Source of the DNA: Verrucomicrobiia bacterium
GTDB lineage: Bacteria > Verrucomicrobiota > Verrucomicrobiia > Limisphaerales > UBA11358
Assembly (NCBI GenBank): GCA_031290985.1
Contig: JARLJW010000111.1
Span: 52,104-116,103 of the forward strand
Length of the DNA: 64,000 nt
Reading direction: 5' to 3'
Numbering within the stretch: the first letter of the stretch is position 1; each line of letters opens with the position of its first letter. Positions 54,104 through 63,660 of the stretch are shown here, in pieces. Under the pieces are notes generated by a model. That model did no database searches. It was not told where the DNA came from and worked only from the letters and a program-made list of their open reading frames with translations. The translations under genes and the position numbers were made by a program.

Positions 54104-55140
54104 TTATTTTCAGAATTGCCTGCCTCGTAGGCCGCCAGCTTGAGGTTGGCCGCGGCGATTTCACGCGCAATGATCTGGTTGATCTGGTTCTTGACCGTCG
54201 CGGCCGTGACGCGGATGGCGCTGGCCACGGCGCGTTCGCGGGCGGAAGCGTGGGCCTTGAAGACCAGGCTGGTGAAACCCAGCATGGGCGCCCCGCCGTG
54301 GACCTCCGGGTCCATGCGCTTGCGGATGGAGTAAAAGGCGTCCTTCGCCAGCAACGCGCCGAGCTGCCGCTTGGTGTTCTGCGTCAGCTCACGCTTGAGC
54401 ATGGAGAACATCGCCACGGCCAGGCTCTCGGCGGTCTTCAAAACAATGTTCCCGACAAAGCCGTCGCAAACCACCACATCCACGTGGTCCTTGAACAGGT
54501 CGTGCCCCTCGACATTGCCGATGAAATTCAGGTCGAGCTGCTTGCAAAGCTGGAAGGCCGCGAGGGTGAGCTCGTTGCCCTTGGAATCCTCCGTGCCGTT
54601 GCTCAGGATGCCCACGCGGGGGTTTTTGCGCTTCAAAATTTCGCGGGCATAGACGCTGCCCATGACCGCAAATTGCGCCAGGTGGAACGGCTTGCATTCG
54701 GTGTTGGCGCCGGCATCCAGCAAAACAAACTCGTTCACCTGCCGGGGTATGACCGTGGCGATGCAGCCACGCTTGACACCTTCGATGCGCCCAACCTTGA
54801 AATTTCCCGCCGCAAAAATCCCGCCCGTGTTACCGAGGGAGATCAGCGCGTCCGCCTTGCCTTCGCTGACCAACTCGGCGCAGCGGACCACGGAAGAATC
54901 CTTCTTCTTCCGGACCGCCGCCACGGGCTCGTCCGCCATCTCCACGACTTCCGTCGCATGGATGACCTGGACCCGATGGTCACGAAAGCCACGCTCGGGC
55001 AGCGCGGCATGAATGGCCTCGCGGTTGCCGACGAGATAGATGCGGGAGATTTCCTTGTTCTCCTCCAAGGCGCGTTTCACGCCGGCGATGATCACACCGC
55101 AGCCGTGGTCACCTCCCATCACATCCACTGCTATACGCAT
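54100..55140 (-). CDS. plsX: phosphate acyltransferase PlsX
   Basis: MRIAVDVMGGDHGCGVIIAG...VLLDAGANTECKP...VVVCDGFVGNIVLKT. 4-nt overlap with fabH. Confidence 0.95.
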   Translation of the reverse strand: MRIAVDVMGGDHGCGVIIAGVKRALEENKEISRIYLVGNREAIHAALPERGFRDHRVQVIHATEVVEMADEPVAAVRKKKDSSVVRCAELVSEGKADALISLGNTGGIFAAGNFKVGRIEGVKRGCIATVIPRQVNEFVLLDAGANTECKPFHLAQFAVMGSVYAREILKRKNPRVGILSNGTEDSKGNELTLAAFQLCKQLDLNFIGNVEGHDLFKDHVDVVVCDGFVGNIVLKTAESLAVAMFSMLKRELTQNTKRQLGALLAKDAFYSIRKRMDPEVHGGAPMLGFTSLVFKAHASARERAVASAIRVTAATVKNQINQIIAREIAAANLKLAAYEAGNSENK

Positions 55141-55188
55141 AGATGAAATGAAAAGGCGCGGAATACCATTCCGCGCCCAAGCACAAGA

Positions 55189-55377
55189 TTATGCCCCCGC
55201 CGTGACGGTCAACACCTGGCGGCCTTTGTAAAACCCGCACGCCGGGCAAACCCGGTGGGGCATGGCCGGTGCGTCGCACTGCGGGCATTTGCCCAATTGC
55301 GGAAGTTTCAGCACGCTGTTATAAGCGCGGCGCATACGCTGCCGGCTCGTCGATGGTTTTCTTTTTGGGACGCCCAT
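55189..55377 (-). CDS. rpmF: 50S ribosomal protein L32
   Basis: MGVPKRKPSTSRQRMRRA...CPQCDAPAMPHRVCPACGFYKGRQV (zinc-ribbon form). Confidence 0.93.
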   Translation of the reverse strand: MGVPKRKPSTSRQRMRRAYNSVLKLPQLGKCPQCDAPAMPHRVCPACGFYKGRQVLTVTAGA

Positions 55378-55398
55378 AAATTACAAATTATTACAAAA

Positions 55399-55872
55399 TT
55401 ACAGTTTCAGTTTATCCAGCTCGGTCCACGGAGACGGCGGTTTCTCTTCAACGCCGGCCTTGTGAACCTTGGTTTTTTTCTTCAATCCCGCACACTCCGG
55501 TTTGCACAACGGATGTTGCGGAAATTCGATAAGCATATCTTCCCGCACGAACGGAGTCAAGTCTACGGTATCATTCACCACGGACACCTTATCCTCCCCT
55601 TCCAGAGGCAGATGCAGCGCCCAGCCGGTCAGTTCCAGCTTGTAGGCGAAGGGTTTCAGGCACCGGACGCATTCGCAGTCCAATACCAGCTTCAAGGACC
55701 CCGTCACCAGCAGGCTGTCGTGCAGTTGCTGGACCTGCAAATCATAGCGCAAGGGCTGCTCCAGCCGGATCATCTCATCCTGCACCCCAAAATCCAGCTC
55801 CGCCACGGGCAGTTCCCCCTGCAAATGGACTTCCTCCTCCTCCAGATGGCGTAGATTGACAGCGAGTGACAT
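55399..55872 (-). CDS. yceD: YceD/DUF177 family protein
   Basis: LDCECVRCLKPF...DLTPFVREDMLIEFPQHPLCKPEC. Canonical position upstream of rpmF-plsX-fabH. Confidence 0.88.
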   Translation of the reverse strand: MSLAVNLRHLEEEEVHLQGELPVAELDFGVQDEMIRLEQPLRYDLQVQQLHDSLLVTGSLKLVLDCECVRCLKPFAYKLELTGWALHLPLEGEDKVSVVNDTVDLTPFVREDMLIEFPQHPLCKPECAGLKKKTKVHKAGVEEKPPSPWTELDKLKL

Positions 55873-55873
55873 T

Positions 55874-56353
55874 TCAGACCTTCAGTTTCTTTTTGAGCGC
55901 CCGTTGCACGTTCGGCGGCACAAACTGGCTGACGTCGCCCCCCAGCCGGGCGATTTCCTTCACGATGCGCGAGCTCAAAAAAGTATAGGTGTCCTTGGGC
56001 ATCATGAAAATCGTTTCAATGTTTTCATCCAGCTTGCGGTTCATCAAGGCCAGTTGGAACTCAAATTCAAAATCCGACACGGCCCGCAGCCCGCGGACGA
56101 CGGCCCGGGCCTTTTTAGCCGCGACATATTCCACCAACAGACCGTCAAACGCATCCGCCTCGACATTGGGCAGCCCGGCCACCGCCTCCGTGACCATGCG
56201 CATGCGTTCGGCCGCCGTGAACAACGGATGTTTGCCCTCATTTTTCGCCACCGCCACAACCACCCGGTCAAAAAGCTTTGCGGCCCGCTGCACCACGTCC
56301 AGATGGCCGTTGGTCAGCGGGTCGAAACTGCCGGGATAGATCGCGATTCGCAT
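55874..56353 (-). CDS. coaD: phosphopantetheine adenylyltransferase
   Basis: MRIAIYPGSFDPLTNGHLDVVQRAAKLFDRVVVAV...FMMPKDTYTFLSSRIVKEI. Confidence 0.95.
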   Translation of the reverse strand: MRIAIYPGSFDPLTNGHLDVVQRAAKLFDRVVVAVAKNEGKHPLFTAAERMRMVTEAVAGLPNVEADAFDGLLVEYVAAKKARAVVRGLRAVSDFEFEFQLALMNRKLDENIETIFMMPKDTYTFLSSRIVKEIARLGGDVSQFVPPNVQRALKKKLKV

Positions 56354-56415
56354 TTTTTTGACTTCAGGCGCATTGCCTGCCGGAGAACTTAGAACTTAAC
56401 GGCCAAAACTCAAAA

Positions 56416-58656
56416 CTATTTGTTTTGCTGCCAGGGCACTTCATAGATCCGCACCGCGTCCTTAAGCCCCTTGACGGTCACCGGAAACAGCTCCACACAA
56501 GTCGAAGCAAGTTCCGGCGCATGCCGCAACAATTGGAAATACGTCAGGTCGCTGATGATGATGCGGCCGCTGCCGGAAACGCCTTCCAACCGGCTCGCCA
56601 GATTCACTTCCCGGCCAAAAACGGTGTAATTGAACCCGTGTTCTTCCGACCCCATCAAACCCACCGTGACCAGGCCGCTGTTGATGCCCGTGCCGAGCTG
56701 CAAGGCGACGTTTAACAGCCTGGGCGGCAGCCCGGCGGCCACGCGCTCCCGGCTTTCCTTTTCGCGCGCCGAATTTTCCGCCTCGCGCCGCACGTTCAGT
56801 TCATGAATCGCCCGCTGCGCATCAATGGCGGCGCGCACGGCGGCGACGGCATGTTTTTCATTAGGCATCGGGGCGTTCCAAAAGGCCATCACGCAGTCGC
56901 CGATATATTTATCGAGCGTGCCACCATTCTTCTTGATGGCCTCGGCCACGGCGGCCAGATACAGGTTCACGATCTCCAGCGTCTCCCGCGCCGACTCCTC
57001 AAAATACTTTTCCGCGAGCGAAAATTCCGTCTGGTTACTCCGGACAAATTCCGCGACTGATTCCTGGATCTGGTCCGTCAGCGTGGTGAACCCGCGCACG
57101 TCGGCAAAAAAGACCGTGACCTCGCGGTGCAGGCCGCCAATCTTGAACTGTTCCGCCCGCAACAGCTCGTTCACGATCTCCGGCGAAATCATCTTGCTGA
57201 AGACGGATTTCACCCGCCGCTTGGCCTGTTCCTCGAACACCACCAGATGGACCATCAAAATGCCGTGCAGCGCGAGCATCGCCCCGCCCAGCGGATAAAC
57301 CACCGGCAGCCACCAGCGGAAATGCGTGAAGACATAAAACGTCCCGCCAAAATACGCGGCCATCAGCAACCCCACGGAAACGCTGGCCGCCACGGCACGC
57401 AACCGGCAGGTGACGACCGCCGTGAGCAGTCCCAGAATCAAGCTGATCGCGATTTCCAGCCACAACGGTGCGCGCCGGATGAACTGGCCGGTGATGATGG
57501 AATTGGCGACATTCCAGTGTTTGCTCACGAGAATCGTGTCGCGTTCCAGCGGCGTCGCGCCCCGGTCGGTCAGATCGTTGCCTTGCACGGCGGAACCAAC
57601 GACGACGAGTTTGCCCCGAAAATTATCGGTCAGCCCGTTGGTATGACCCAGCAGCCGTTGCTGGTCCTGCGCCAGCAGGTTTTCAATCGGCATCCGTGGC
57701 AGCTTCAGTCCCCAGTTCACATAAAAATAGCCCGCGCCGTCCACGGGGATCACCCGCTCGACGCCGTTCGCGCCGCGCAGCGTAATCTTCCCATGTTTCA
57801 AGTCCACGTCCGCCTGCGCCAGATCCAGCTTCAATGCCTGCGCGGCCAGGACAATGCCCATGTGCCAGACGCGTTCATCCGTATACGCCTTCGCCCGGGG
57901 CGCCTCACCCGGCTGCAACCGGCCCCCGAAATCGGCCAGGCTGAAATTGTTTCCCGCGTCCACCGCGACTTCAATCGCATTGGTCAAACCGGTCTGCGGC
58001 AAAATGATTTTTCCCGGCGTAATGATCGCGTTGGTCAGGTTGATGGCCAGCTCCGGCATGGCCTCGATTGCTTGGAACTTGCGATGCCACCGGCGCACGT
58101 CACGGAAGGCCTTGACGCGCCGGAGGATTCCGTCCGGATCTCTTTCGGTGGAAATCTCGCCCAGCGCGAGGGCGTTGGTGACGAAGAGTTCCGGCGGGAT
58201 GATTTCCGGCGTGGCCGCGATGAGCACATTGCCGGCCCGGCGCATTTGCAGCGCAAAAAATTCGTCCGAGTGGACCAGGCTGCCGTCGGCCATCTGAACC
58301 TGCGGATGATCAGGGCGCAATTCCCCAAAAAGCACATCGAAAGCAACGGTTTGCGCCCCCTCCTCGGACAGTTCATCCACCAGCCGGCCATAAACTTCGC
58401 GCGGCCAGTACAGGCCAAAATGAAAACCGACCGTGCCATTTCTCACCGCCGCAATGCTGGATTCCTCCATTGCCACAAACGCCAGATTCGTGGCGGCGGG
58501 CGCCGGGAAGTCCTGCGCGTGCCGGACGCGCAGGTCGTAGGTCATGCATTCCGCCCGCTCGATGAGATCGGGGTTCCACACCCGGAGCCCGCAGACAAGC
58601 GCCAGGACGACACCCGCCAGGATGACGGGCGCACCTTTGAATCGCTTGAATTGCAC
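56416..58656 (-). CDS. CHASE2-domain sensor fused to class III adenylate/guanylate cyclase
   Basis: N-terminal TM, an extracytoplasmic domain of about 350 aa, and three TMs. Then VTVFFADVRGFTTLTD...LDKYIGDCVMAFWNAP...LGTGINSGLVTVGLMGS...YTVFGREVNLASRLE. Confidence 0.88.
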   Translation of the reverse strand: MQFKRFKGAPVILAGVVLALVCGLRVWNPDLIERAECMTYDLRVRHAQDFPAPAATNLAFVAMEESSIAAVRNGTVGFHFGLYWPREVYGRLVDELSEEGAQTVAFDVLFGELRPDHPQVQMADGSLVHSDEFFALQMRRAGNVLIAATPEIIPPELFVTNALALGEISTERDPDGILRRVKAFRDVRRWHRKFQAIEAMPELAINLTNAIITPGKIILPQTGLTNAIEVAVDAGNNFSLADFGGRLQPGEAPRAKAYTDERVWHMGIVLAAQALKLDLAQADVDLKHGKITLRGANGVERVIPVDGAGYFYVNWGLKLPRMPIENLLAQDQQRLLGHTNGLTDNFRGKLVVVGSAVQGNDLTDRGATPLERDTILVSKHWNVANSIITGQFIRRAPLWLEIAISLILGLLTAVVTCRLRAVAASVSVGLLMAAYFGGTFYVFTHFRWWLPVVYPLGGAMLALHGILMVHLVVFEEQAKRRVKSVFSKMISPEIVNELLRAEQFKIGGLHREVTVFFADVRGFTTLTDQIQESVAEFVRSNQTEFSLAEKYFEESARETLEIVNLYLAAVAEAIKKNGGTLDKYIGDCVMAFWNAPMPNEKHAVAAVRAAIDAQRAIHELNVRREAENSAREKESRERVAAGLPPRLLNVALQLGTGINSGLVTVGLMGSEEHGFNYTVFGREVNLASRLEGVSGSGRIIISDLTYFQLLRHAPELASTCVELFPVTVKGLKDAVRIYEVPWQQNK

Positions 58657-58732
58657 GCCGATGGATTAAACAAAAAACCAGCGCAACTCAAGGCTGCGCT
58701 GGTTTGAAAGCTTGTGTAATTCCGACCGTTCG

Positions 58733-59551
58733 CTAATGGCCCGAGGTCGGCGAAATAAAGCAGGTGGTGTGGTCAAATTCATAATTGACCACCTGAAAAT
58801 AAGTCGTGCGCAGGGCCTGGAACACATCGTGGAGAACCCGTTGCAACTGGGGGGAGATGTTCGCCGGCTGGCCCGTGGCCGGATCCATGATATAGCCCGG
58901 GGCGATCACGAAGGTTTTGCTGGTGCCATCAGTCAGGGTCAGGGCCAGGATCACGCCGCCGCCAGTGCTTTCAAAGCAGGCCACCGCGCCATCCACGCTG
59001 ATGCTGAACAAGGTGCCGCGCACACCAGCCACCCCGTTCGGGAGCTTCACAATGTACTGGGACGCACCGGAAAGTTTGCGGACGCTGGCGAAAATTTTAC
59101 CCTTCTTCAAATCCAATTCCGTATCGCTGACGGCATCAGCACCGGTATCGACGATGGTGAGCTTGTCAATTGCCAGGGTGGAATTCGGGGTGAGCCGAAT
59201 CGCATTTTGATCCGCCGTCGGTTTATAGGAGACATACCCGCGCACTGCGGCGTCCGGTGCCGGGGAGATGCGGTCGGGCGACCACTTGGCCTGCGGCAAA
59301 TCAACCGTCTTGCCCAAGACCAAGTCCGCCACGCCATTATCCTTGGTGAAGATGATGGCCCCGGGCGGCAGAAACTTGCCCGCAACCAGCGGGTATTCCG
59401 GCTGGCCCTGACCGAGCGAGTAAGTCACGTTGCCTTCAATGCGCACGGCCGTGGCAAATCCCTGCTTGGTGTTTTGGGCCGAAGCCGTCGTCGCGATGCC
59501 GGCAATGGCAAGGCCAAGAATGGCGGTCAGAACGATCTTGAAATTTTTCAT
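58733..59551 (-). CDS. secreted FecR-domain-like protein
   Basis: Signal peptide MKNFKIVLTAILGLAIAGIATTASA. LDLKKGKIFASVRKLSGASQYIVKLPNGVAGVRGTLFSISVDG resembles the FecR beta-sandwich core. Adjacent to the CHASE2 gene, as in many genomes (from memory). Confidence 0.6.
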   Translation of the reverse strand: MKNFKIVLTAILGLAIAGIATTASAQNTKQGFATAVRIEGNVTYSLGQGQPEYPLVAGKFLPPGAIIFTKDNGVADLVLGKTVDLPQAKWSPDRISPAPDAAVRGYVSYKPTADQNAIRLTPNSTLAIDKLTIVDTGADAVSDTELDLKKGKIFASVRKLSGASQYIVKLPNGVAGVRGTLFSISVDGAVACFESTGGGVILALTLTDGTSKTFVIAPGYIMDPATGQPANISPQLQRVLHDVFQALRTTYFQVVNYEFDHTTCFISPTSGH

Positions 59552-59647
59552 AAAAGCCTTTGGTCTGTTTTATTAAACCGCTCTGAATATACCCGCCGAC
59601 CCCGAAGTTTGTCAACCGACATTTCCCGGCTATTTACCATCGGCAAA

Positions 59648-61558
59648 TCAGTAAAAAGCCGGTAACAGCGGCCGGCCAGACGCCTTTTCGATCAATTTCG
59701 GCTCGCAAATCTGAAGATAATTCTGCGCCGTCAGGTTGTTGCCGTAAAAGCTCAGCGAACGGAGGAAACATTGCCGCGCCGCCGCATAATCCCCGACCTG
59801 GACGTAATGCCAGCCTTGGCTGGATGCCAGATAGTAGCCGTTCGGGTCGCGCAATTCCGCCTCGGAATAGTACTGCTCCGCCGCCGCATGCTGGCCCAGC
59901 CAGTCCAGGCACATGCCGGTGCGCAAGCGGCTGTACGCGTCATGCGGGTTCAAAGCCATCGCCCGGGCATACCAATCCCTGGCCTGTTCCGTTAATTGCT
60001 GGTAATCCTTCCCGCCTTCCAAGCCCGCCGTCCGGTAACATTCACCGATGTCATAGGCAGTCTGAAAGTTCTTTGGTTCGGCACCGAACGCTTTTTCCAA
60101 CGCCGCCGCCCGTTCCGGCGAAAAGTCCCCCTCCCGCTCCGCCCGCCCGTGCCAGTAGGTCTCCGGGGCCTGCCGCCATTCCTGCGCCACGAACACCAGC
60201 ACCACCGCCGCCAGCACCCCGGCCAGCCCGGCCTTCAATGGCACCCCCGCGCGCACCCAATGCCGCTCCGTGGCGAAACGCAGGTTGCTCGCCAGCAACG
60301 CCAGCAACGTCACACCCACGAGCGCATTCGCCGGGATGTGCAGATTGAAATCCATTGTCGAATGCACCGCCAACGACGCCAGCCCGCCCGCCGCCCCCAG
60401 AAAAAATGCGAACCGGTTGCTCCGCCCCGACCCAAACGCGTTTTCCTCGCGCCGCACATGCGGCCACGTCTTGAGGAGTCCGGTGATAAAAATCCCCATC
60501 CCCGCCAGCACGATCAGCCCGCCCGCCACGCCCCAGTCCGCCAGCAGGTTCAGGTAATCATTATGGCAGCGGTCCGGACGCCCCTGCAAATCCGGCGGAC
60601 GGTACTCGCGGAACCGATAGTCAAAATGCGCCGGCCCCACACCCCACCACGGATGATCCAGCCACATCCGCTCCGCCGCATCCCACATCCGCAACCGCGA
60701 AGTCCAATCATAATTGCTCGGCCTGTCCGCATCTTGCGCCTTGACCCGGTGCTCAAAGCCCGCTGTCTTGGATAAATAACGTGAAACAAACACGCCCCCG
60801 CCCGCCAGCATCACCACCAGCAGGACCACCGCGCGCCACCGGTGATTGCGATGTCCCAGCAGAACCCCCAGCACCAGCAAAACCCCCGCCGCCGCCGACA
60901 CCCAGCCCGCGCGCGAAAAGGTCACCGCCAACCCCAGCGCCACCGCCACCACCGCGTAGCCCAGCAATATGCGCGAAACAATCTTCATCTTCCCCACCAG
61001 TAGAAACGCCAGCGCCAGCGGCAAAATCATCTCCAAAAACCCCGCCAGATGATTCGGCGAAATATAAGTGCCGCTCGCCCGCGCCGCGTTGCCCGTGTGG
61101 ACATCCCAGACCCGATCCGTGTGCGACAGCAGTTGTCCCACCGCGTAACACGAGATCACCGTCGCCAGCGCGATCAGCGTATAGCTCACCCACTCCGTCT
61201 CCTCCTGCCCGCGCAGCGTGTTCACCACCACGAAAAAAATAAACGCCAGGAACAGCACCTGGATCACCTCGATCCGCGCCACATACTCGATGTCCGCCGT
61301 GAAATACCGGCCCACCGCATACACCGCAAACGCCGCCACCACCCACGCCAGCGGCGGCCACAAGATTTTGGTTTTGGGGCTCACCCACAGACGCGCCGCC
61401 CATAAAATGAACACCCCCGCCCCCATCCCCTGCACGATCAGATACGCCCACGGCTCCACCGCTCCAAACGCCAGCGGCGCAAACACCAGCATCCCCAGGA
61501 TGAGAAACAACATCCCGCGCTCACACCACCATTCCAGATTTTTTCGGGTTAAGACCAT
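59648..61558 (-). CDS. O-antigen ligase (Wzy_C)-like polytopic membrane protein with C-terminal TPR repeats
   Basis: At least 10 TM segments. TFSRAGWVSAAAG (Wzy_C loop). The C-terminal ~170 aa contain TPR-like repeats (AYDIGECYRTAG, ARDWYARAMALNPHDAYSRLRTGMCLDWLGQHAAAEQYYSEAELRDP). Confidence 0.8.
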   Translation of the reverse strand: MVLTRKNLEWWCERGMLFLILGMLVFAPLAFGAVEPWAYLIVQGMGAGVFILWAARLWVSPKTKILWPPLAWVVAAFAVYAVGRYFTADIEYVARIEVIQVLFLAFIFFVVVNTLRGQEETEWVSYTLIALATVISCYAVGQLLSHTDRVWDVHTGNAARASGTYISPNHLAGFLEMILPLALAFLLVGKMKIVSRILLGYAVVAVALGLAVTFSRAGWVSAAAGVLLVLGVLLGHRNHRWRAVVLLVVMLAGGGVFVSRYLSKTAGFEHRVKAQDADRPSNYDWTSRLRMWDAAERMWLDHPWWGVGPAHFDYRFREYRPPDLQGRPDRCHNDYLNLLADWGVAGGLIVLAGMGIFITGLLKTWPHVRREENAFGSGRSNRFAFFLGAAGGLASLAVHSTMDFNLHIPANALVGVTLLALLASNLRFATERHWVRAGVPLKAGLAGVLAAVVLVFVAQEWRQAPETYWHGRAEREGDFSPERAAALEKAFGAEPKNFQTAYDIGECYRTAGLEGGKDYQQLTEQARDWYARAMALNPHDAYSRLRTGMCLDWLGQHAAAEQYYSEAELRDPNGYYLASSQGWHYVQVGDYAAARQCFLRSLSFYGNNLTAQNYLQICEPKLIEKASGRPLLPAFY

Positions 61559-61574
61559 GATACGCGCAGATTTT

Positions 61575-61604
61575 TACCACGGATGGACCGGGATGCACAC
61601 GGAT
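61575..61604. repeat. 10-bp phased triple repeat (minus strand ATCCGTGTGC ATCCCGGTCC ATCCGTGGTA)
   Basis: Read directly. It is the inverted counterpart of 41272-41301. Lies 17-46 nt upstream of the O-antigen-ligase-like ATG. Confidence 0.8.
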
Positions 61605-61876
61605 AAAAATGGGTTCGTTTCGCAATCGCCATGTTTTTTCCGCGCTGTCATTGCATCGCCCTCGTCCTCGAATCCTGCCCGCCCTTTGCGTGGGTGGTTT
61701 ATAAATCGCACAAAATCCCCGCTGGTTTAATTTGCTTTAATTAACCTTGATTTGACGCCCTCTGCGGCACGTACCTCATTGGCTTTTTCTTCAATTTCAG
61801 TTTCAGATTCTTTGTCTTCATCCGGGTTCATCCCTGTTTGCCGCTGCAGCCCGCACTCCGCGGTCGGAATTTTTTT

Positions 61877-61896
61877 GGTTGGATTTGGTTGGATTT
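61877..61896. repeat. tandem (GGTTGGATTT) x2 with degenerate third/fourth units
   Basis: Read directly: GGTTGGATTTGGTTGGATTT TTTACTTGGATGGTCTTGAT. Confidence 0.85.
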
Positions 61897-62171
61897 TTTA
61901 CTTGGATGGTCTTGATATTCAATTACTTACAAAAGCAAATCCGGCCATGTAAATATGCGGCAAGTCGTTGCGATGCAAGACCATGGCGCATTTTATTTGA
62001 AATTTCGCTGAATGTTCAGCGTTGAATTCTTTGGCCCAAGCCGGATCCCATACCCCGGACACCATGGTGTCCCAGTTTGTAGGATTGCCAACTTGAGGCT
62101 TTCCTCGCCCCCGCCTGCAATGGCTGGTTTCGTCATTCATGTTTATCATGCTCCCCATCCTGCCATGATCG

Positions 62172-62193
62172 GTTGGACAAAGGCTGTCCAACC
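62172..62193. repeat. 22-nt palindromic element copy 2
   Basis: GTTGGACAAAGGCTGTCCAACC is identical to 40900-40921. Here the arms extend to 9 bp (GGTTGGACA/TGTCCAACC). Confidence 0.95.
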
Positions 62194-62266
62194 TAAAAAA
62201 TTTCCTGCTCGGCTAAAAACAAGGCGCTGCCTGACGCGCTTCGGCTTTGAGTCCCCCCATTCGCCA

Positions 62267-62521
62267 TCAATCCTCCGGCGTCGAGACCGGCGCCTCATCC
62301 GGTGTTTCACCGGCCATTGCTGGACGATATTCCAAAATCTCACCCGGCTGACAGTTCAAATGTTTGCAGATCGCCTCCAACGTCGAGAAGCGGATCGCCC
62401 GCGCCCTGCCGGTTTTGAGCACCGAAAGATTTTGCGGCGTGATGTCCACCGCCTCGGCCAGATCGTTCAGCCGCATTTTGCGCTGCGCCAGCACCACGTC
62501 CAGATTGACAATGATGGGCAT
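62267..62521 (-). CDS. XRE/Cro-type HTH transcriptional regulator (YozG-like)
   Basis: IVNLDVVLAQRKMRLNDLAEAVDITPQNLSVLKTGRARAIRFSTLEAICKHLNCQPGEILEY, the typical partner of DUF2975 genes. Confidence 0.88.
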   Translation of the reverse strand: MPIIVNLDVVLAQRKMRLNDLAEAVDITPQNLSVLKTGRARAIRFSTLEAICKHLNCQPGEILEYRPAMAGETPDEAPVSTPED

Positions 62522-62525
62522 AAGC

Positions 62526-63074
62526 TTAAACCGTCAATTCTTGCTCTTCCTTCAATTTGCATCCCTCATCCATGATGCAGGCGAGCATGATGCCGAAGAA
62601 TCCTCCCACCATCCACGCGGAGTGAAGAATAAAGAATAGTACCAAGCCCAATCCGTATCTATCAAGCGGCAGGAGCGTGCCCGCAATCGTCAATACCCCC
62701 TTACCAATCGCCAGAAACCCAAGCAACCGGAACAGGCGCACATGGGCGGGCGAAAAAATGGCCCCTTTTTCGTAAAGATTTAACAAGCGATAAAAAACCA
62801 TCGCAGCGATCAGATAGACGGTCGTCGCCAAAGCTCCAATGATTTTTGTGGAAGGAGCGACCTCCGGCTGGCTGGCCGCAGAATTAATGTGTCCGATGGT
62901 TTGTCCGGGCAACAGTACAAAGTGAACCTCTAAAAAATCAACCAGAGCCGGAACCGCCAAGGTAACCAGCGGAAGACCAACCAAGTAGATCAAAACCAGC
63001 GCTTTTAAAATCTGGCTGAATATGCGGATGCGCCGCCCGCTGGAGCTTTTGGAAAGGGTCTCTGTCGTACTCAT
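62526..63074 (-). CDS. DUF2975-like membrane protein, paralog B
   Basis: Four to five TMs. C-terminus IMDEGCKLKEEQELTV is the characteristic DUF2975 ending. 4-nt gap to the HTH gene. Confidence 0.8.
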   Translation of the reverse strand: MSTTETLSKSSSGRRIRIFSQILKALVLIYLVGLPLVTLAVPALVDFLEVHFVLLPGQTIGHINSAASQPEVAPSTKIIGALATTVYLIAAMVFYRLLNLYEKGAIFSPAHVRLFRLLGFLAIGKGVLTIAGTLLPLDRYGLGLVLFFILHSAWMVGGFFGIMLACIMDEGCKLKEEQELTV

Positions 63075-63087
63075 AAAATAATCCGTT

Positions 63088-63606
63088 TCAAACCGTCAAC
63101 TCCTGTTCCTCCTTGATCTTCCGCCCTTCATCCATGATCCACGCGATGAAAATGATCACCAACCCGGTCACGGCCTGGGTAAAAATGATGGTTCTGTAAT
63201 GCGCCTCGGATTCCAGCAGAAAATTCACAATCCAATCAACGACCACGTAGTATCCTAGGAAGCGGATATAGGTGATGTTTTTGGCGGTGAAATATTTACC
63301 CTGCCCGTAAAGCCCCAGCAGCCGGTACAGAACCAGGGCACAAAACATCACCAGGCCATATTTAACCGTGGCCAGCGCCAGCACCGGCGCGGGAATTATA
63401 AATGGCGCGGTGTACGTCTGGTGTTCGGAAAACGTTATTTTAGTGGAACCCGGTAAAATCGCCACCCAGCCAAACCAGCACGCCAATATCAGCAGACAAC
63501 TCAAGCCCGCATAAACACCGATGAGAAATCGGCATACTTTGCTGAAGATTTTGATGCGGTTTAGTCGCCGGCCACCATTCTTGGAGGTATTCCCAGTCGC
63601 ATTCAT
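63088..63606 (-). CDS. DUF2975-like membrane protein, paralog A
   Basis: Same topology as paralog B. C-terminus IMDEGRKIKEEQELTV. Confidence 0.8.
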   Translation of the reverse strand: MNATGNTSKNGGRRLNRIKIFSKVCRFLIGVYAGLSCLLILACWFGWVAILPGSTKITFSEHQTYTAPFIIPAPVLALATVKYGLVMFCALVLYRLLGLYGQGKYFTAKNITYIRFLGYYVVVDWIVNFLLESEAHYRTIIFTQAVTGLVIIFIAWIMDEGRKIKEEQELTV

Positions 63607-63660
63607 GCCCGCAAGGCTAAACCATCAGACACCGCAAGTCAATCTTTTTTTATTGATAAA

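Noticed and set aside
61919-62191. Homology between the small ORFs 40630-40878, 61919-62191 and 26520-26750, based on the shared peptide V-x-H-R-N and the DNA string CATCGCAAC
   Set aside because: A 9-mer recurring three times in 128 kb of two-strand sequence is only marginally above expectation. The surrounding sequence does not align. ORF 61919-62191 starts at a TTG inside the palindrome and has no family resemblance, so it is treated as probably non-coding.
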